From positions 59,591 to 123,590 of the forward strand of contig JAUYQR010000012.1 in the NCBI GenBank assembly GCA_030697175.1: a DNA stretch of 64,000 bases. Reading direction: 5' to 3'. A program made the position numbers and the translations under genes. Every line of letters starts with the position of its first letter. The stretch's first letter is position 1. Below, in pieces: positions 9,136-18,830 of this stretch. Below the pieces are notes generated by a model. That model was not told the DNA's origin. It worked only from the letters and a program-made list of their open reading frames with translations, and did no database searches. The stretch is from Paracoccaceae bacterium (lineage in GTDB: Bacteria > Pseudomonadota > Alphaproteobacteria > Rhodobacterales > Rhodobacteraceae).

Positions 9136-11142
9136 TCAGTCGCTGTTCAGGATGCCTTCGAGGATGCGGCGGGTTTCCTCTGCCAGCGCGTCCTCGGCAC
9201 CGCGACGTGCGGTATCCTCAAGGCTTTCGCCCGGTGCCGGTTCGACGCCCAGTTCCTCGCGGAGCCTTTCTTCAAGCGCGGCCTTCGCCTCGGCCTCGGC
9301 TGCCTTTGCCGCTTCGGACGCGCGCTCGGCCAGCGCGCGGGCCTCGGCCTCCATCTTTTCTCGGGCGATGCTTTCCAGATCGAGCCGGAACTTCGGCGCG
9401 GCCCATGGGCCGGTGATCAGCAAGGGCACCATAACGCCGCCAGTGCCGTCAGCCTCGGCCAGCGCGGTGGGGCGCAGGCGATAGTCCAGCGTGCGGGCGC
9501 CGATGCCCACCTCGCCCGCGCCGGTTGCCGTGAGGTAGGGCGAGACGAAGCGCAGGTCGGTGTTGGTCAGCACGCCCTCGGCGATGCTGAAGGTGCCGGC
9601 GACGCCGTCAAACGCGGTCTTTTGTCCTTCGCCGACGTAGGTTGCGTCGAGGGTGCGAAGCATTCCGCCGATGTCGAGGCCGCGCAACTCGCCCTGCCCC
9701 ATTTCGACCACGCCCTGCCCTTGAAGGCTTTGCATGATCGCATCCACCGAATTGCCGACACCCAGGAATTGCAGGTCCAGATCGCCGGTCCCGACCAGCC
9801 GGTCATACCCGGCAAGATCGCTGAGCAGGGGCTGCATCGCCAGCCCGGCGAAGGCCAGCTTGCCACCGACCGACAACCCGCCGCGACCGTTGATCACGAA
9901 TTCGCCGGTGATCTGCCCGCCGTAGGCCGCCATTTCGCGGATGTCGAACACGGCGCGGGCGCGGTCTACCGTCAGGCGCAGGCCGGTTGGCCCGACCTTG
10001 ACCCGCCCGAGGTCGATCGACGGGGCGACCAGCGCCACCGCCATGTCAAGCGCGCCAAGGCCCGACACGTCGATCGCGTCCTTCGGCCAGCCGTCCGCCG
10101 GGCCGGTGGCGGCGGTTTCGCCGGCACCTTGGGCTGCTGCGCCGCCGCCAAAGACCAGCGGACCCGCCTTCAGTTGTGCCGAAAGTTTCGGGCGCGCGTC
10201 GCCGGGGGTGAGGTCGGCATCACCGGTGAGGGTATTGCCGTCCGCCGTGATTGTCGCCTCGCGCAGGAAAAGCGCGCCATCCTCGGCCAGGGTCAGTTGA
10301 CCCGCGATGCGCAGCGCCTCGGCGCCAAGGCCACGCGGCAGGCCGGGGTCCGCGGCACCGGCGAGTGCGGCCACCGCCTGCATGTCCGGCAGATCCGCCA
10401 GCAGCGTGCCTTCGGCGACCAAGGGCTGTGCGCCAAGCCGCCCGTCAAAGCTGACGGTCGAGCCTCCCGCCGTCAGGTTGGCCTGAAACGGCACCACCCG
10501 GCCTTCGGTCAGCGCGGAATAGACACCCGCCGTTGCCGAAAGCGCCACCGCCTGACCGCCCGAGGTTGCCGTGCCGGTCAGCGTCACCGGACCGGTGAAT
10601 TCGGGGATCGCCACCTCGGCCTCAACGGCGTCAAGGGCGATGCGGCGGCCTGCGGCATGGTCGATGAACAGGAACGATCCGTCGCGGATCAGGCCGCGGT
10701 CAAGGCTGTAGGGCTGCCCGACGCCCGGCGTGCCGACGCTGACCGTGCCGCCCGCCGTGCCGCCGAACACCCAGTTCTCTTCGCCTTGCGCCGACCGCTC
10801 CAGGATCAGCGCAGGGCGCACCGCCTCGATCCCGAGGATGCGGACCTCGCCGCCGATCAGCGCCGACAGGTTGATCTCGACGGTCAAGGCCTCGGCGGTC
10901 AGCATCGGCCCTTCCTTGGACCAGGGTGCATTGGCGATGGTGACCGGACCGGTCTTGACGCCAAGGTTGGGCCAGAGGGTTGGCCTGACAGCGCCGGTGA
11001 TTTCCAGTTTGCGGCCAGTCAGGGTCTCGAACTTCGCCGCCGCCGCCGACGCCACCCGGTCGGAGGGCACCAACGCCAGCATTCCGGCCGCAAGCAGCAC
11101 AAGAACCGCCAGCCCCAGCCCGACGCGGATGATCCAGCGCAT
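9136..11142 (-). CDS. AsmA-family outer-membrane assembly protein
   Basis: N-terminal anchor MRWIIRVGLGLAVLVLLAAG followed by a long beta-rich AsmA-like repeat body. The C-terminal Ala/Glu/Lys-rich tail is compositionally distinct. The start could instead lie 4 or 15 codons upstream. Confidence 0.75.
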   Translation of the reverse strand: MRWIIRVGLGLAVLVLLAAGMLALVPSDRVASAAAAKFETLTGRKLEITGAVRPTLWPNLGVKTGPVTIANAPWSKEGPMLTAEALTVEINLSALIGGEVRILGIEAVRPALILERSAQGEENWVFGGTAGGTVSVGTPGVGQPYSLDRGLIRDGSFLFIDHAAGRRIALDAVEAEVAIPEFTGPVTLTGTATSGGQAVALSATAGVYSALTEGRVVPFQANLTAGGSTVSFDGRLGAQPLVAEGTLLADLPDMQAVAALAGAADPGLPRGLGAEALRIAGQLTLAEDGALFLREATITADGNTLTGDADLTPGDARPKLSAQLKAGPLVFGGGAAAQGAGETAATGPADGWPKDAIDVSGLGALDMAVALVAPSIDLGRVKVGPTGLRLTVDRARAVFDIREMAAYGGQITGEFVINGRGGLSVGGKLAFAGLAMQPLLSDLAGYDRLVGTGDLDLQFLGVGNSVDAIMQSLQGQGVVEMGQGELRGLDIGGMLRTLDATYVGEGQKTAFDGVAGTFSIAEGVLTNTDLRFVSPYLTATGAGEVGIGARTLDYRLRPTALAEADGTGGVMVPLLITGPWAAPKFRLDLESIAREKMEAEARALAERASEAAKAAEAEAKAALEERLREELGVEPAPGESLEDTARRGAEDALAEETRRILEGILNSD

Positions 11143-11497
11143 CCATCCCCCCATCAAAACCTGAGCCAAAAACATGGCCTTGGACACGGAGTCTATGCGC
11201 CGCCCGGCAGCCCGGCAAGGTCGCGTTTCGGGCCACGCATCAAATGGCCGAGATCGCCGCAGCGCCCTGATCCCACATGCCAGAAGAGATCGGCTGGCTG
11301 CCTGATTCTCCCCCCGGTGGATAGGAAGAATGCATTTCGAATTTTCCGTAACCGCAACAATTGCAGTCGCCCATCGACATTCACCCCAGACGGGAAAAAG
11401 ACCCTTGTATAAAAGGACAGGTGCTGCAACTCCCTTTTGGCACCTGTGTCACCCCGAGGTATAGCTGTGTCCGGGGGCTCACACAGCCACGTAACGA

Positions 11498-11797
11498 GTG
11501 AATGGTTCAATGCAAAACGATCGTAGATTTCCAGTGTCGCATCCAGAAGTGTTGTCGGATGTAGTATTTGTGCAGCCGGGCGCCGCGTCGCGACGCACGG
11601 TTGATCGGAGCCCCCGCACTCTTGCCGCCACCGCTGGTCCTGCCCAGTTGCCGTGGCTGGAAATCCTGTTCCTGGTCGGCTGCCTGATGATGCTTCTGGT
11701 GGTCGCCACGCTGTCGCGGCCCACGCAGTTCAGCATGCTCGACACCGACCTTTCGGGACTGCACAGCGCGGCCCCGACCGCGACCGCCATTCCCTGA
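11498..11797 (+). CDS. Hypothetical small single-pass membrane protein
   Basis: Sits in an otherwise non-coding 800-bp AT-richer gap. The second half has host-like GC3 codon usage and one clear TM helix (LEILFLVGCLMMLLVVATL). Start uncertain, no recognised family. Confidence 0.3.
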   Translation: MNGSMQNDRRFPVSHPEVLSDVVFVQPGAASRRTVDRSPRTLAATAGPAQLPWLEILFLVGCLMMLLVVATLSRPTQFSMLDTDLSGLHSAAPTATAIP

Positions 11798-11882
11798 TCC
11801 CCAGATTGCTGCCAGACTGATTTTCCGTTCTTCGTTTGAAGAACTGCCTCCTTGCTGCCAAACCCATTTTTATCAAGACCTT

Positions 11883-11910
11883 GGCCGTGTCATCGCCCGA
11901 TGACACGGCC
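11883..11910. promoter_or_regulatory. Perfect 13-bp-arm palindrome about 40 bp upstream of rimO
   Basis: ggccgtgtcatcg-cc-cgatgacacggcc. No flanking T-run, so it looks more like an operator than a terminator. Confidence 0.4.
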
Positions 11911-11947
11911 ACTTAACACGCGGCTCGCGTTCCGTTATATCCCGCGC

Positions 11948-13315
11948 ATGTCCGAAAACCCGCCGCTTCTTCGCCCCGACCTTGCCCGCTCGCTGATCCC
12001 AGACACCCGTCGTGCGGGGCAGCCCACCATCGGCATGGTGTCGCTGGGCTGCCCGAAGGCGCTGGTCGACAGCGAACGCATCCTGACCCGGCTCAGGGCC
12101 GAGGGCTATGCCATCTCGCCCGACTACAAGGGCGCCGATGCGGTGATCGTGAACACCTGCGGGTTTCTGGACAGCGCCAAGGCCGAAAGCCTTGAGGCGA
12201 TTGGCGAGGCCCTGGTGGAAAACGGGCGGGTGATCGTGACCGGCTGCCTTGGGGCCGAGCCTGATTACATCACCGGCGCGCATCCCCGCGTGCTGGCGGT
12301 GACCGGCCCGCACCAATACGAGGCGGTGCTGGATGCGGTGCATGCGGCCGTGCCGCCCGCGCCCGACCCGTTCATCGACCTGCTGCCCGCGACCGGCGTC
12401 AGCCTGACGCCGCGGCATTACAGCTATCTGAAGATTTCCGAAGGCTGCAACCACGCCTGCAAGTTCTGCATCATCCCCGACATGCGCGGCAAACTGGTCA
12501 GCCGCCCGGCGCATGCGATTGTGCGTGAGGCGGAACGGCTGGTTGCCGCGGGGGTGAAGGAGTTGCTGGTGATCAGCCAGGACACCTCGGCCTATGGGGT
12601 GGACCTGAAACACGCCGAGGCCAAGGGCCACCGCGCCCACATCACCGATCTTGCGCGCGATCTGGGGTCGCTGGGGGCCTGGGTCCGGCTGCATTACGTT
12701 TACCCCTATCCGCATGTCAGGAACCTGATCCCGCTGATGGCTGAAGGGCTGGTGCTGCCTTACCTCGACATTCCCTTCCAGCACGCCCACCCCGATACGC
12801 TGCGCCGCATGGCACGCCCGGCGGCTGCGGCCAAGACGCTGGACGAAATCGCCGCATGGCGTGCGATTGCGCCGGACCTGACGCTGCGGTCGACCTTCAT
12901 CGTCGGCTACCCCGGCGAGACGGAGGCCGAATTCCAGACGCTGCTCGACTGGCTGGACGAGGCGCAACTGGACCGGGTCGGCTGTTTTCAATACGAAAAC
13001 GTTGCCGGCGCGCGGTCGAACGCCCTGCCCGACCATGTGCCTGCCGAGGTGAAGCAAGACCGCTGGGACCGCTTCATGGCGAAATCCCAGGCGATTTCGG
13101 AGGCGAAGCTGGCGGCCAGGCTGGGGCAGCAGATCGACGTGATCGTGGACGAAGTTGACGAAGACGGCGCCACCTGCCGCACCAAGGCCGATGCACCGGA
13201 AATCGACGGCAACCTTTTCATCGACGAAGGCTTCGAGGGGCTGGTGCCGGGAGATATCGTCCGGGTCGAGATCGAGGAGACCGGCGAATACGATCTGTGG
13301 GGCCGGCGCGTCTGA
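11948..13315 (+). CDS. rimO: Ribosomal protein S12 methylthiotransferase RimO
   Basis: Start trimmed to MSENPPLL. MTTase N-domain ([13 protein letters not shown]), radical-SAM CNHACKFC cluster, C-terminal TRAM domain. Confidence 0.9.
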   Translation: MSENPPLLRPDLARSLIPDTRRAGQPTIGMVSLGCPKALVDSERILTRLRAEGYAISPDYKGADAVIVNTCGFLDSAKAESLEAIGEALVENGRVIVTGCLGAEPDYITGAHPRVLAVTGPHQYEAVLDAVHAAVPPAPDPFIDLLPATGVSLTPRHYSYLKISEGCNHACKFCIIPDMRGKLVSRPAHAIVREAERLVAAGVKELLVISQDTSAYGVDLKHAEAKGHRAHITDLARDLGSLGAWVRLHYVYPYPHVRNLIPLMAEGLVLPYLDIPFQHAHPDTLRRMARPAAAAKTLDEIAAWRAIAPDLTLRSTFIVGYPGETEAEFQTLLDWLDEAQLDRVGCFQYENVAGARSNALPDHVPAEVKQDRWDRFMAKSQAISEAKLAARLGQQIDVIVDEVDEDGATCRTKADAPEIDGNLFIDEGFEGLVPGDIVRVEIEETGEYDLWGRRV

Positions 13316-13425
13316 CGCGCTTCGTCATATTCAAGCGTCTGATTTGAGGGATTCGCGGAAGCCCCGCCTCGTGGTAGAATCCGCGTCGCGGGGGTCACAT
13401 CCGCAGCAAATCAGGGACAGACATC

Positions 13426-13803
13426 ATGAATATCTCGCGCTCGTTCCTAGTAATCGGTTCGCTGTATCTTCTCGTCGGGATCGGACTGGGCAGCTACATG
13501 GGCGGGTCCGGCGACCATAGCCTTGCGCCGGTCCATGCCCATATCAACCTTCTCGGCTTTACGCTGATGACGGTGTTCGGGCTGGCCTACCGGGTGATTC
13601 CCGGCCTTGCCGACGGCCTGCTGGCCAAGGGGCATTTCTGGTTGCACCAGATCGGCGCGCTTTTGCTGCTGGTCGGGCTTTTCCTGATGATGTCGGGCCG
13701 GGTGGCCGAGGCCACCATCGGCCCGATGTTCCCGGTGGCCGAGCTTGCCGTGCTGCTGGGCGCGGTTCTGTGGGCGGTCAACCTGTTCCGCACCGCGCGT
13801 TGA
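13426..13803 (+). CDS. Hypothetical 4-TM membrane protein with HxH motif
   Basis: 125 aa, four hydrophobic helices. The PVHAHINLLGF motif resembles the helix carrying the two heme-ligand histidines in cbb3/NOR-type heme-copper oxidase subunit I. Confidence 0.5.
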   Translation: MNISRSFLVIGSLYLLVGIGLGSYMGGSGDHSLAPVHAHINLLGFTLMTVFGLAYRVIPGLADGLLAKGHFWLHQIGALLLLVGLFLMMSGRVAEATIGPMFPVAELAVLLGAVLWAVNLFRTAR

Positions 13804-13835
13804 CATGCGCGCCCGGTCCCAAGGGGCCGGGCGAC

Positions 13836-14198
13836 CTACCCCACCAGCACCACCACCCACGCCACGCCCGCCGCAAGGGCCGCCAGCGCGACCCCGGCAG
13901 AGCCGCAGTCCTTGGCCTTTTTCGCCTTGGGGTGGGTATCGGCCGAGATGTAGTTGACCACCTCTTCGATCGCGGTGTTCAGAAGTTCGGCCGCCAGCAC
14001 CAGGATGCCCAGCGCAAGGATCAACGCCCGTTCGCCCGGCGCAAGGTCGAGCCAGAAGGCAAGCGTGGCAGAGGCTGCGTTGACCAGCGTCCATTGCCGC
14101 AGGGTCTTTTCGCTGGCCCATGCCGCCCGCCAGCCCGCCACGGACCAGATCACGGTATTGGCCAAGCGCCGTGCCTCGGCGCGCAACAGTGCTTGCAT
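13836..14198 (-). CDS. dgkA: Diacylglycerol kinase
   Basis: Start trimmed to MQALLRAE, with AAGGAG 6 nt upstream. The motif AELLNTAIEEVVN...D is conserved in DgkA. About 120 aa and 3 TM helices. Confidence 0.8.
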   Translation of the reverse strand: MQALLRAEARRLANTVIWSVAGWRAAWASEKTLRQWTLVNAASATLAFWLDLAPGERALILALGILVLAAELLNTAIEEVVNYISADTHPKAKKAKDCGSAGVALAALAAGVAWVVVLVG

Positions 14199-14230
14199 CG
14201 GCTGCTCCTTTCGCGTCCCCTTGGCCAAGG

Positions 14231-14608
14231 TTAGTCGCCGGTGCGCGGTTCGTCGACCCCGGCTTCTGCCAGCCCGGCGCGGACGGCGGTGACGATATGG
14301 GCAAAGCGGTCGCCGCCCAAGGGCACACCGCCATACCAGCGCGCCACCACGACAACCTGATCGACCAGCCCCGCGCGTTCGACCATCCGCAGGATCAGCG
14401 CACCGGCGCCCGCCTCGCCGTCATCGGCCTTGAGCGGGCCATCGTCCGACAACACGGCGGCCCAGCTGAGATGCGTGGCCTTGGCGTATTTGCGGATGCG
14501 GCGCAGATCGGCCAGAAACGCGGCAATTCCGGCCCTGCTCTTGACCGGGCCGACCGCAACCCCATAACGCGACCCCCGGTCGCGCAGCACGTCGTCAATG
14601 CGGATCAT
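14231..14608 (-). CDS. YigZ/IMPACT-family (UPF0029) N-terminal domain protein
   Basis: 125 aa. Motifs DRGSRY...ATH..WA and VARWYGG..LGG.RF are characteristic of UPF0029. Confidence 0.7.
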   Translation of the reverse strand: MIRIDDVLRDRGSRYGVAVGPVKSRAGIAAFLADLRRIRKYAKATHLSWAAVLSDDGPLKADDGEAGAGALILRMVERAGLVDQVVVVARWYGGVPLGGDRFAHIVTAVRAGLAEAGVDEPRTGD

Positions 14609-14658
14609 TGCCGGCCCCTTTTGCCGACCGGTCTAGCCGAAACCGCCACCTGCCGCCA

Positions 14659-14910
14659 TCAGCCGCGCAAAGACTCGATCTCGGGCTTGTTCGGGCAGAA
14701 CTCGGGCATCTGGTTCGCCCGTCCCGAGGTTGCCAGCCAGCGGTCACAGGCGTCACCCTCCGTGCAGGCGGCACAGCGGTCGATGATCCGGGCCAGCTCG
14801 CTGCGTCTGAGCCAGCCTTCGACCACCGCCTGCGACAGGTCGACCCCACTGAGTCGCGCCATGCCGCGCGTCAGCCACCAGGCGCGCGGGGTTTCAGGAT
14901 ATCCGATCAT
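14659..14910 (-). CDS. DUF6455-family protein
   Basis: WWLTRGMARLSGVDLSQAVVEGWL...CAACTEGDACDRWL matches the conserved DUF6455 pattern. The ORF extends to 14997; the start among M22, M26 and M30 is uncertain. Confidence 0.6.
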   Translation of the reverse strand: MIGYPETPRAWWLTRGMARLSGVDLSQAVVEGWLRRSELARIIDRCAACTEGDACDRWLATSGRANQMPEFCPNKPEIESLRG

Positions 14911-14993
14911 TTCCAGCCTCATCCTTTCGTCCATGCCGCACCGGACATTGACGAAAGGATGCGGCGACAGGCACGACCCGGCCTTGACCCAGA

Positions 14994-15710
14994 TCAAGCG
15001 CCCGTCATGCGCCGCACGGTTGCAAGCACCACCGCCTTGCGGTCGGCGTTCGGGGGATGGCTGCCAAGGAATTTGTCGCCGGGGTCCGGCAGTCGGTCGA
15101 AGAACGCCGCGCCACGCACCGGATCAAAGCCGGCGATCAGCGCGATTTCGGCACCAAGCGCGTCGGCCTCCAGCTCGAAGTCTTTGGAATAGCTGCGGGC
15201 CGCAACCTCGGCGCCCATGTTCTGCGCCGCGCGGACCTCGTCGGCGGACAGCCCGCTGGCTTGCGCCAGAACCCCCGCCAGAAGCGCGCCCGACATCGCC
15301 TGATCGGCCCGTTTCGGGATGTGGCCGGCGATGTGATGCGCGGCCTCGTGACCCATGACGAAAGCCAGTTCGTCGGCGTTGCGGGCATCGGCGATCAGCG
15401 CAAGGGTGAAGCCGACGATGGGCCGCCCCTGCCGGTCAACCGTCTGGAAGGCGTTCGGCGGCAGGCCGGGGCGGTCATCGACGACGATGCGGAAATCGCA
15501 GTTCGGCACCTCGCTGCGGGCACGGCATTGCGCCTCGGCCACCGGCTCCACCAGGGTCACGACCTGCAGGAAGGTTTCTGCGGCGGCGCGGGGGGTCTTG
15601 CGGTCGCCGGACAGGAGCGCGGGTTCGGCGCGGACCGCAGGCGGCGGCATCGTCGCCACGCAGCCCGACAGCAGGAGTGCCCCCAAGGCAAGGAAAGCGG
15701 CGCGCATCAA
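14994..15710 (-). CDS. M48-family zinc metallopeptidase lipoprotein
   Basis: Lipobox LLLSGC and HEXXH motif (GHEAAHHIAGH). Confidence 0.8.
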   Translation of the reverse strand: MMRAAFLALGALLLSGCVATMPPPAVRAEPALLSGDRKTPRAAAETFLQVVTLVEPVAEAQCRARSEVPNCDFRIVVDDRPGLPPNAFQTVDRQGRPIVGFTLALIADARNADELAFVMGHEAAHHIAGHIPKRADQAMSGALLAGVLAQASGLSADEVRAAQNMGAEVAARSYSKDFELEADALGAEIALIAGFDPVRGAAFFDRLPDPGDKFLGSHPPNADRKAVVLATVRRMTGA

Positions 15711-15831
15711 ACCCCCTGAAAGTCAGACCCCTGACGCCCCACCCTAGCAAATCCGCCAGCCGCCGAAAGCCCGCCTCACGCAGGTGTCAGCGGCGCTTGC
15801 CCCGCATCGCCGTCGCGCGTAACCTTGGCCC

Positions 15832-16074
15832 ATGTTCACCATCGAGCACGAGTTCGACGCCACCGTGATCACCCTTGTCGACGAGGGGGGCGACCTGCCG
15901 CTGCAGGAGGATGTGATCATCAACGCCTTCGAGGATTGCGTCACCATCGACCAGCTTGATCCGCGCACGGACACGCCCATGCGCATCACCCTGTCGCTGG
16001 CGCAGATCCGCGACCTTGCCGCCGCGCTGGACCTGCCCGAGGGCAGTTACCGCATCAGCCGCGCGCCCGACTGA
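15832..16074 (+). CDS. Hypothetical small acidic protein
   Basis: 80 aa, good GC3 usage, clean intergenic placement, no recognised motif. Confidence 0.5.
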   Translation: MFTIEHEFDATVITLVDEGGDLPLQEDVIINAFEDCVTIDQLDPRTDTPMRITLSLAQIRDLAAALDLPEGSYRISRAPD

Positions 16075-16100
16075 CCCCAAGCCAGCCAAGGACACCCCGC

Positions 16101-17204
16101 ATGACCACCGGCTTTTATTCCGACGAGCGGTGCTTCTGGCACGGCGGCGGCAACTATGCCTTCACGCTGCCGGTGGGCGGGCTGGTGCAGCCCTTGGCCG
16201 GGGGCTTGCCGGAAAACCCGGAAACCAAGCGGCGGCTGCTGAATCTGGTCAACGCGACCGGGCTTGCCGACCACCTGTCGATGCGTCGTGGCACCCCCGC
16301 GACGTGGGAAGAGATGGCCCGCGTTCACCCGCACTCCTACCTTGAAGCCTTCAAGGCGATGTCGGACGAGGGCGGCGGCGAGCTTGGCCTGCGCACACCC
16401 TTTGGCCGGGGCGGGTTTGAAATCGCAGGCGTGTCGGCAGGCCTTGCGCGCAGCGCGCTGGCCGATGTGCTGACCGGCGCCGCGCGCAACGCCTATGCCC
16501 TGTCGCGCCCGCCGGGGCATCACTGCCTGCCCGACTGGCCGAACGGGTTTTGCCTGCTGAACAACATCGGTATCGCCATCCGGTCGGTGCAGGCCGCTGG
16601 CCTTGCGCGGCGCGTGGCGGTGGTGGACTGGGACGTGCATCACGGCAACGGCACCGAAGCGGTGTTCTGGGACGACGGCGAGGTTCTGGCCCTGTCGCTG
16701 CATCAGGACCGCAACTATCCGATGAACACCGGCGGGGTCGAGGCGAAGGGTGCGGGCAAAGGCCTTGGCACCAACATCAACGTGCCGCTGCCGCCCGGCA
16801 CCGGCAATGTGGGCTATCTGCACGCGGTGGAGCGGATCGTGGTGCCCGCGCTCACCCGGTTCAAGCCCGATGTGATCATCGTGGCCTGCGGGTTCGATGC
16901 GGCGGCGGTCGATCCGCTTGGCCGGATGCTGGCGACCGCCGAGACATTTCGGGCGATGACGCAGGCGATGATGCAGGCGGCGGAGGCGCTGTGTGGCGGG
17001 CGGCTGGTTCTGGTGCACGAGGGCGGCTATTCCGAGGTTTATGTGCCATTCTGCGGCCATGCCGTGTTGGAGGAACTGTCCGGCGCCCCGGTTCACGCAC
17101 CGGACCCCATGGGAGACACGCTTGCCAAGCGCCAGCCCGACGCGCGGTTTGACCGTTTCGTGGCCGCGTGGATCGACGAGATTGCCGCCGAACACGGGCT
17201 GTGA
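16101..17204 (+). CDS. Histone deacetylase-family (acetylpolyamine/acetoin-utilisation type) amidohydrolase
   Basis: 367 aa. Motifs RPPGHH, DWDVHHGNGT and GGY are typical of class II HDAC-like enzymes. Confidence 0.85.
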   Translation: MTTGFYSDERCFWHGGGNYAFTLPVGGLVQPLAGGLPENPETKRRLLNLVNATGLADHLSMRRGTPATWEEMARVHPHSYLEAFKAMSDEGGGELGLRTPFGRGGFEIAGVSAGLARSALADVLTGAARNAYALSRPPGHHCLPDWPNGFCLLNNIGIAIRSVQAAGLARRVAVVDWDVHHGNGTEAVFWDDGEVLALSLHQDRNYPMNTGGVEAKGAGKGLGTNINVPLPPGTGNVGYLHAVERIVVPALTRFKPDVIIVACGFDAAAVDPLGRMLATAETFRAMTQAMMQAAEALCGGRLVLVHEGGYSEVYVPFCGHAVLEELSGAPVHAPDPMGDTLAKRQPDARFDRFVAAWIDEIAAEHGL

Positions 17205-17270
17205 CGCGGCGCAGGCTGGAACTTGGCCCCGCCTGCCCGTAGGGTCGCGCCTGACCTTTCGGAGTGTTCG

Positions 17271-17849
17271 ATGCCTGCCCGTAACCAGCCCGCCCTCGAT
17301 TTCCTGCTGAACCGCCGATCCCGCCCGGCCAAACTGTTCACCGCGCCGGTTCCCTCCCGCAGGGAACTGGAGGAGATCATCACCGCCGCCTTGCGCGTGC
17401 CGGATCATGGCAAGCTGGAACCGTGGCGGCTGATCGTGGTCGAAAAACCGGCCTTCGCGCGGCTGGCCGGTCTGGCCGAGGCGCGGGCGCTGGCTTTGGG
17501 CGGGGACGCCGAAAAGATCGCCAAGGGGCGCGGGCAGTATGACCTCGGGCAATTGGCGGTGGTGGTGATCTCGTCGCCCAAGGCCGCCGAGAAGGTGCCG
17601 GTGTCCGAACAGGTGCTGTCGGCGGGGGCAGTCTGCCTCGGGCTGGTCAATGCGGCCACGGCGGCGGGTTGGGGGGCGTGCTGGCTGACGGGATGGCCCG
17701 CGCACGACCCGGTGTTCGTGGCAGACGCCTTCGGGTGCGCCCCCCACGAGACGGTGGCGGGCATCGTGCATGTCGCGACCCCGCCCGCTGACGCGCCCGA
17801 CCGGCCGCGCCCAGACCTTGACCGCATTGTCACTTGGATGAACGCATGA
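17271..17849 (+). CDS. Nitroreductase-family protein
   Basis: Start trimmed to MPARNQPALDFLLNRRS. The RRS...F and PDHGKLEPWR motifs are typical of the nitroreductase fold. Confidence 0.75.
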   Translation: MPARNQPALDFLLNRRSRPAKLFTAPVPSRRELEEIITAALRVPDHGKLEPWRLIVVEKPAFARLAGLAEARALALGGDAEKIAKGRGQYDLGQLAVVVISSPKAAEKVPVSEQVLSAGAVCLGLVNAATAAGWGACWLTGWPAHDPVFVADAFGCAPHETVAGIVHVATPPADAPDRPRPDLDRIVTWMNA

Positions 17850-18541
17850 TCCTTGGTGATTTCCTGAAGGCGCTTGGTCAGCTTGGCGACCCGCGGTTTC
17901 GGCGGGTGACGCTGATCGGCGTGGCGCTGGCGCTGGCACTGCTGGCGGCAGTCTACGCGATATTCCTGTTTGGCATCGAATACCTCATGCCGGAAACCGT
18001 CGATCTGCCGTGGATCGGCCCCGTGACCGGCGTGGATACGCTGCTTGACGTGACCTCGTTCTTTCTGATGATCGGGCTTTCGGTGTTCCTGATGGTGCCG
18101 GTCGCGTCGGCATTCACGGGCATCTTTCTGGACGACATCGTGCGATCGGTCGAAGATCGGCACTACCCTGCCCTGCCACCCGCGACCGGGGCCAGCATGG
18201 GAGAAACGCTGCGCGACACGGTCAACTTCCTTGGTCTGATCATCGGGGTCAACGTGCTGGCACTGTTCCTCTATCCGTTCGCGGGGCCGGCCATTCCGCT
18301 GGTGTTCTGGGCGATCAACGGGTTCCTGCTGGGCCGGGAGTATTTCACCCTTGTGGCCCTGCGCCGCGTCGGGCGCACCGAGGCCAAGGCGATGCGGCGG
18401 CGCAACCGCGCGGCGATCTGGGCGGCGGGCACGCTGATGGCGGCGCCGCTGTCCATTCCGCTCGTCAATCTGATCGTGCCGGTTTTGGGCGTCGCGACCT
18501 TCACCCACCTCTTCCACCGCCTTGCAGCGGCGGGACGTTAG
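17846..18541 (+). CDS. CysZ/EI24-like membrane protein
   Basis: Start trimmed to MILGDFLKALGQL, with an ATGA overlap with the upstream stop. The multi-TM topology and the motif AINGFLLGREYF are typical of this family. Confidence 0.65.
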   Translation: MILGDFLKALGQLGDPRFRRVTLIGVALALALLAAVYAIFLFGIEYLMPETVDLPWIGPVTGVDTLLDVTSFFLMIGLSVFLMVPVASAFTGIFLDDIVRSVEDRHYPALPPATGASMGETLRDTVNFLGLIIGVNVLALFLYPFAGPAIPLVFWAINGFLLGREYFTLVALRRVGRTEAKAMRRRNRAAIWAAGTLMAAPLSIPLVNLIVPVLGVATFTHLFHRLAAAGR

Positions 18542-18551
18542 CCTCGGAACG

Positions 18552-18830
18552 TCAGCCTTGGGGCGGGGACATCCGGCCGAACCAGTCGAGGTCGTGGATG
18601 GTGATCCAGCCTGACAGGATGATGCCGCAGATCAGCGCCCAGACCACCGAGGCGATCATCGTGGTGATCCAGGCCTTGCGACCGACGATTTCCTGCGCCG
18701 GTGCGCCGCGCGGGGTGCCGGGCACCACGCTGTCGGTATCGGCCTGCGCGGTCACCCGCACTTGCAGCACGATGAAGAACACCATGAACCAGGTCACGGC
18801 ATAGACGACGATGGCGGCGGTAATGCTCAT
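18552..18830 (-). CDS. DUF1467-family membrane protein
   Basis: 92 aa. MSITAAIVVYAVTWFMVFF N-terminus and two TM helices. Confidence 0.65.
   Translation of the reverse strand: MSITAAIVVYAVTWFMVFFIVLQVRVTAQADTDSVVPGTPRGAPAQEIVGRKAWITTMIASVVWALICGIILSGWITIHDLDWFGRMSPPQG

Noticed and set aside
9130-11412. 760-aa ORF antisense to the AsmA-family gene
   Set aside because: Low-complexity Arg/Ala/Gly-rich translation with no motifs. The opposite strand encodes a coherent AsmA-like protein with an N-terminal anchor.
16047-17939. 630-aa ORF antisense to the HDAC-like and nitroreductase genes
   Set aside because: It spans two well-supported plus-strand genes and their intergenic gap. Its composition is the usual GC-rich antisense artefact.
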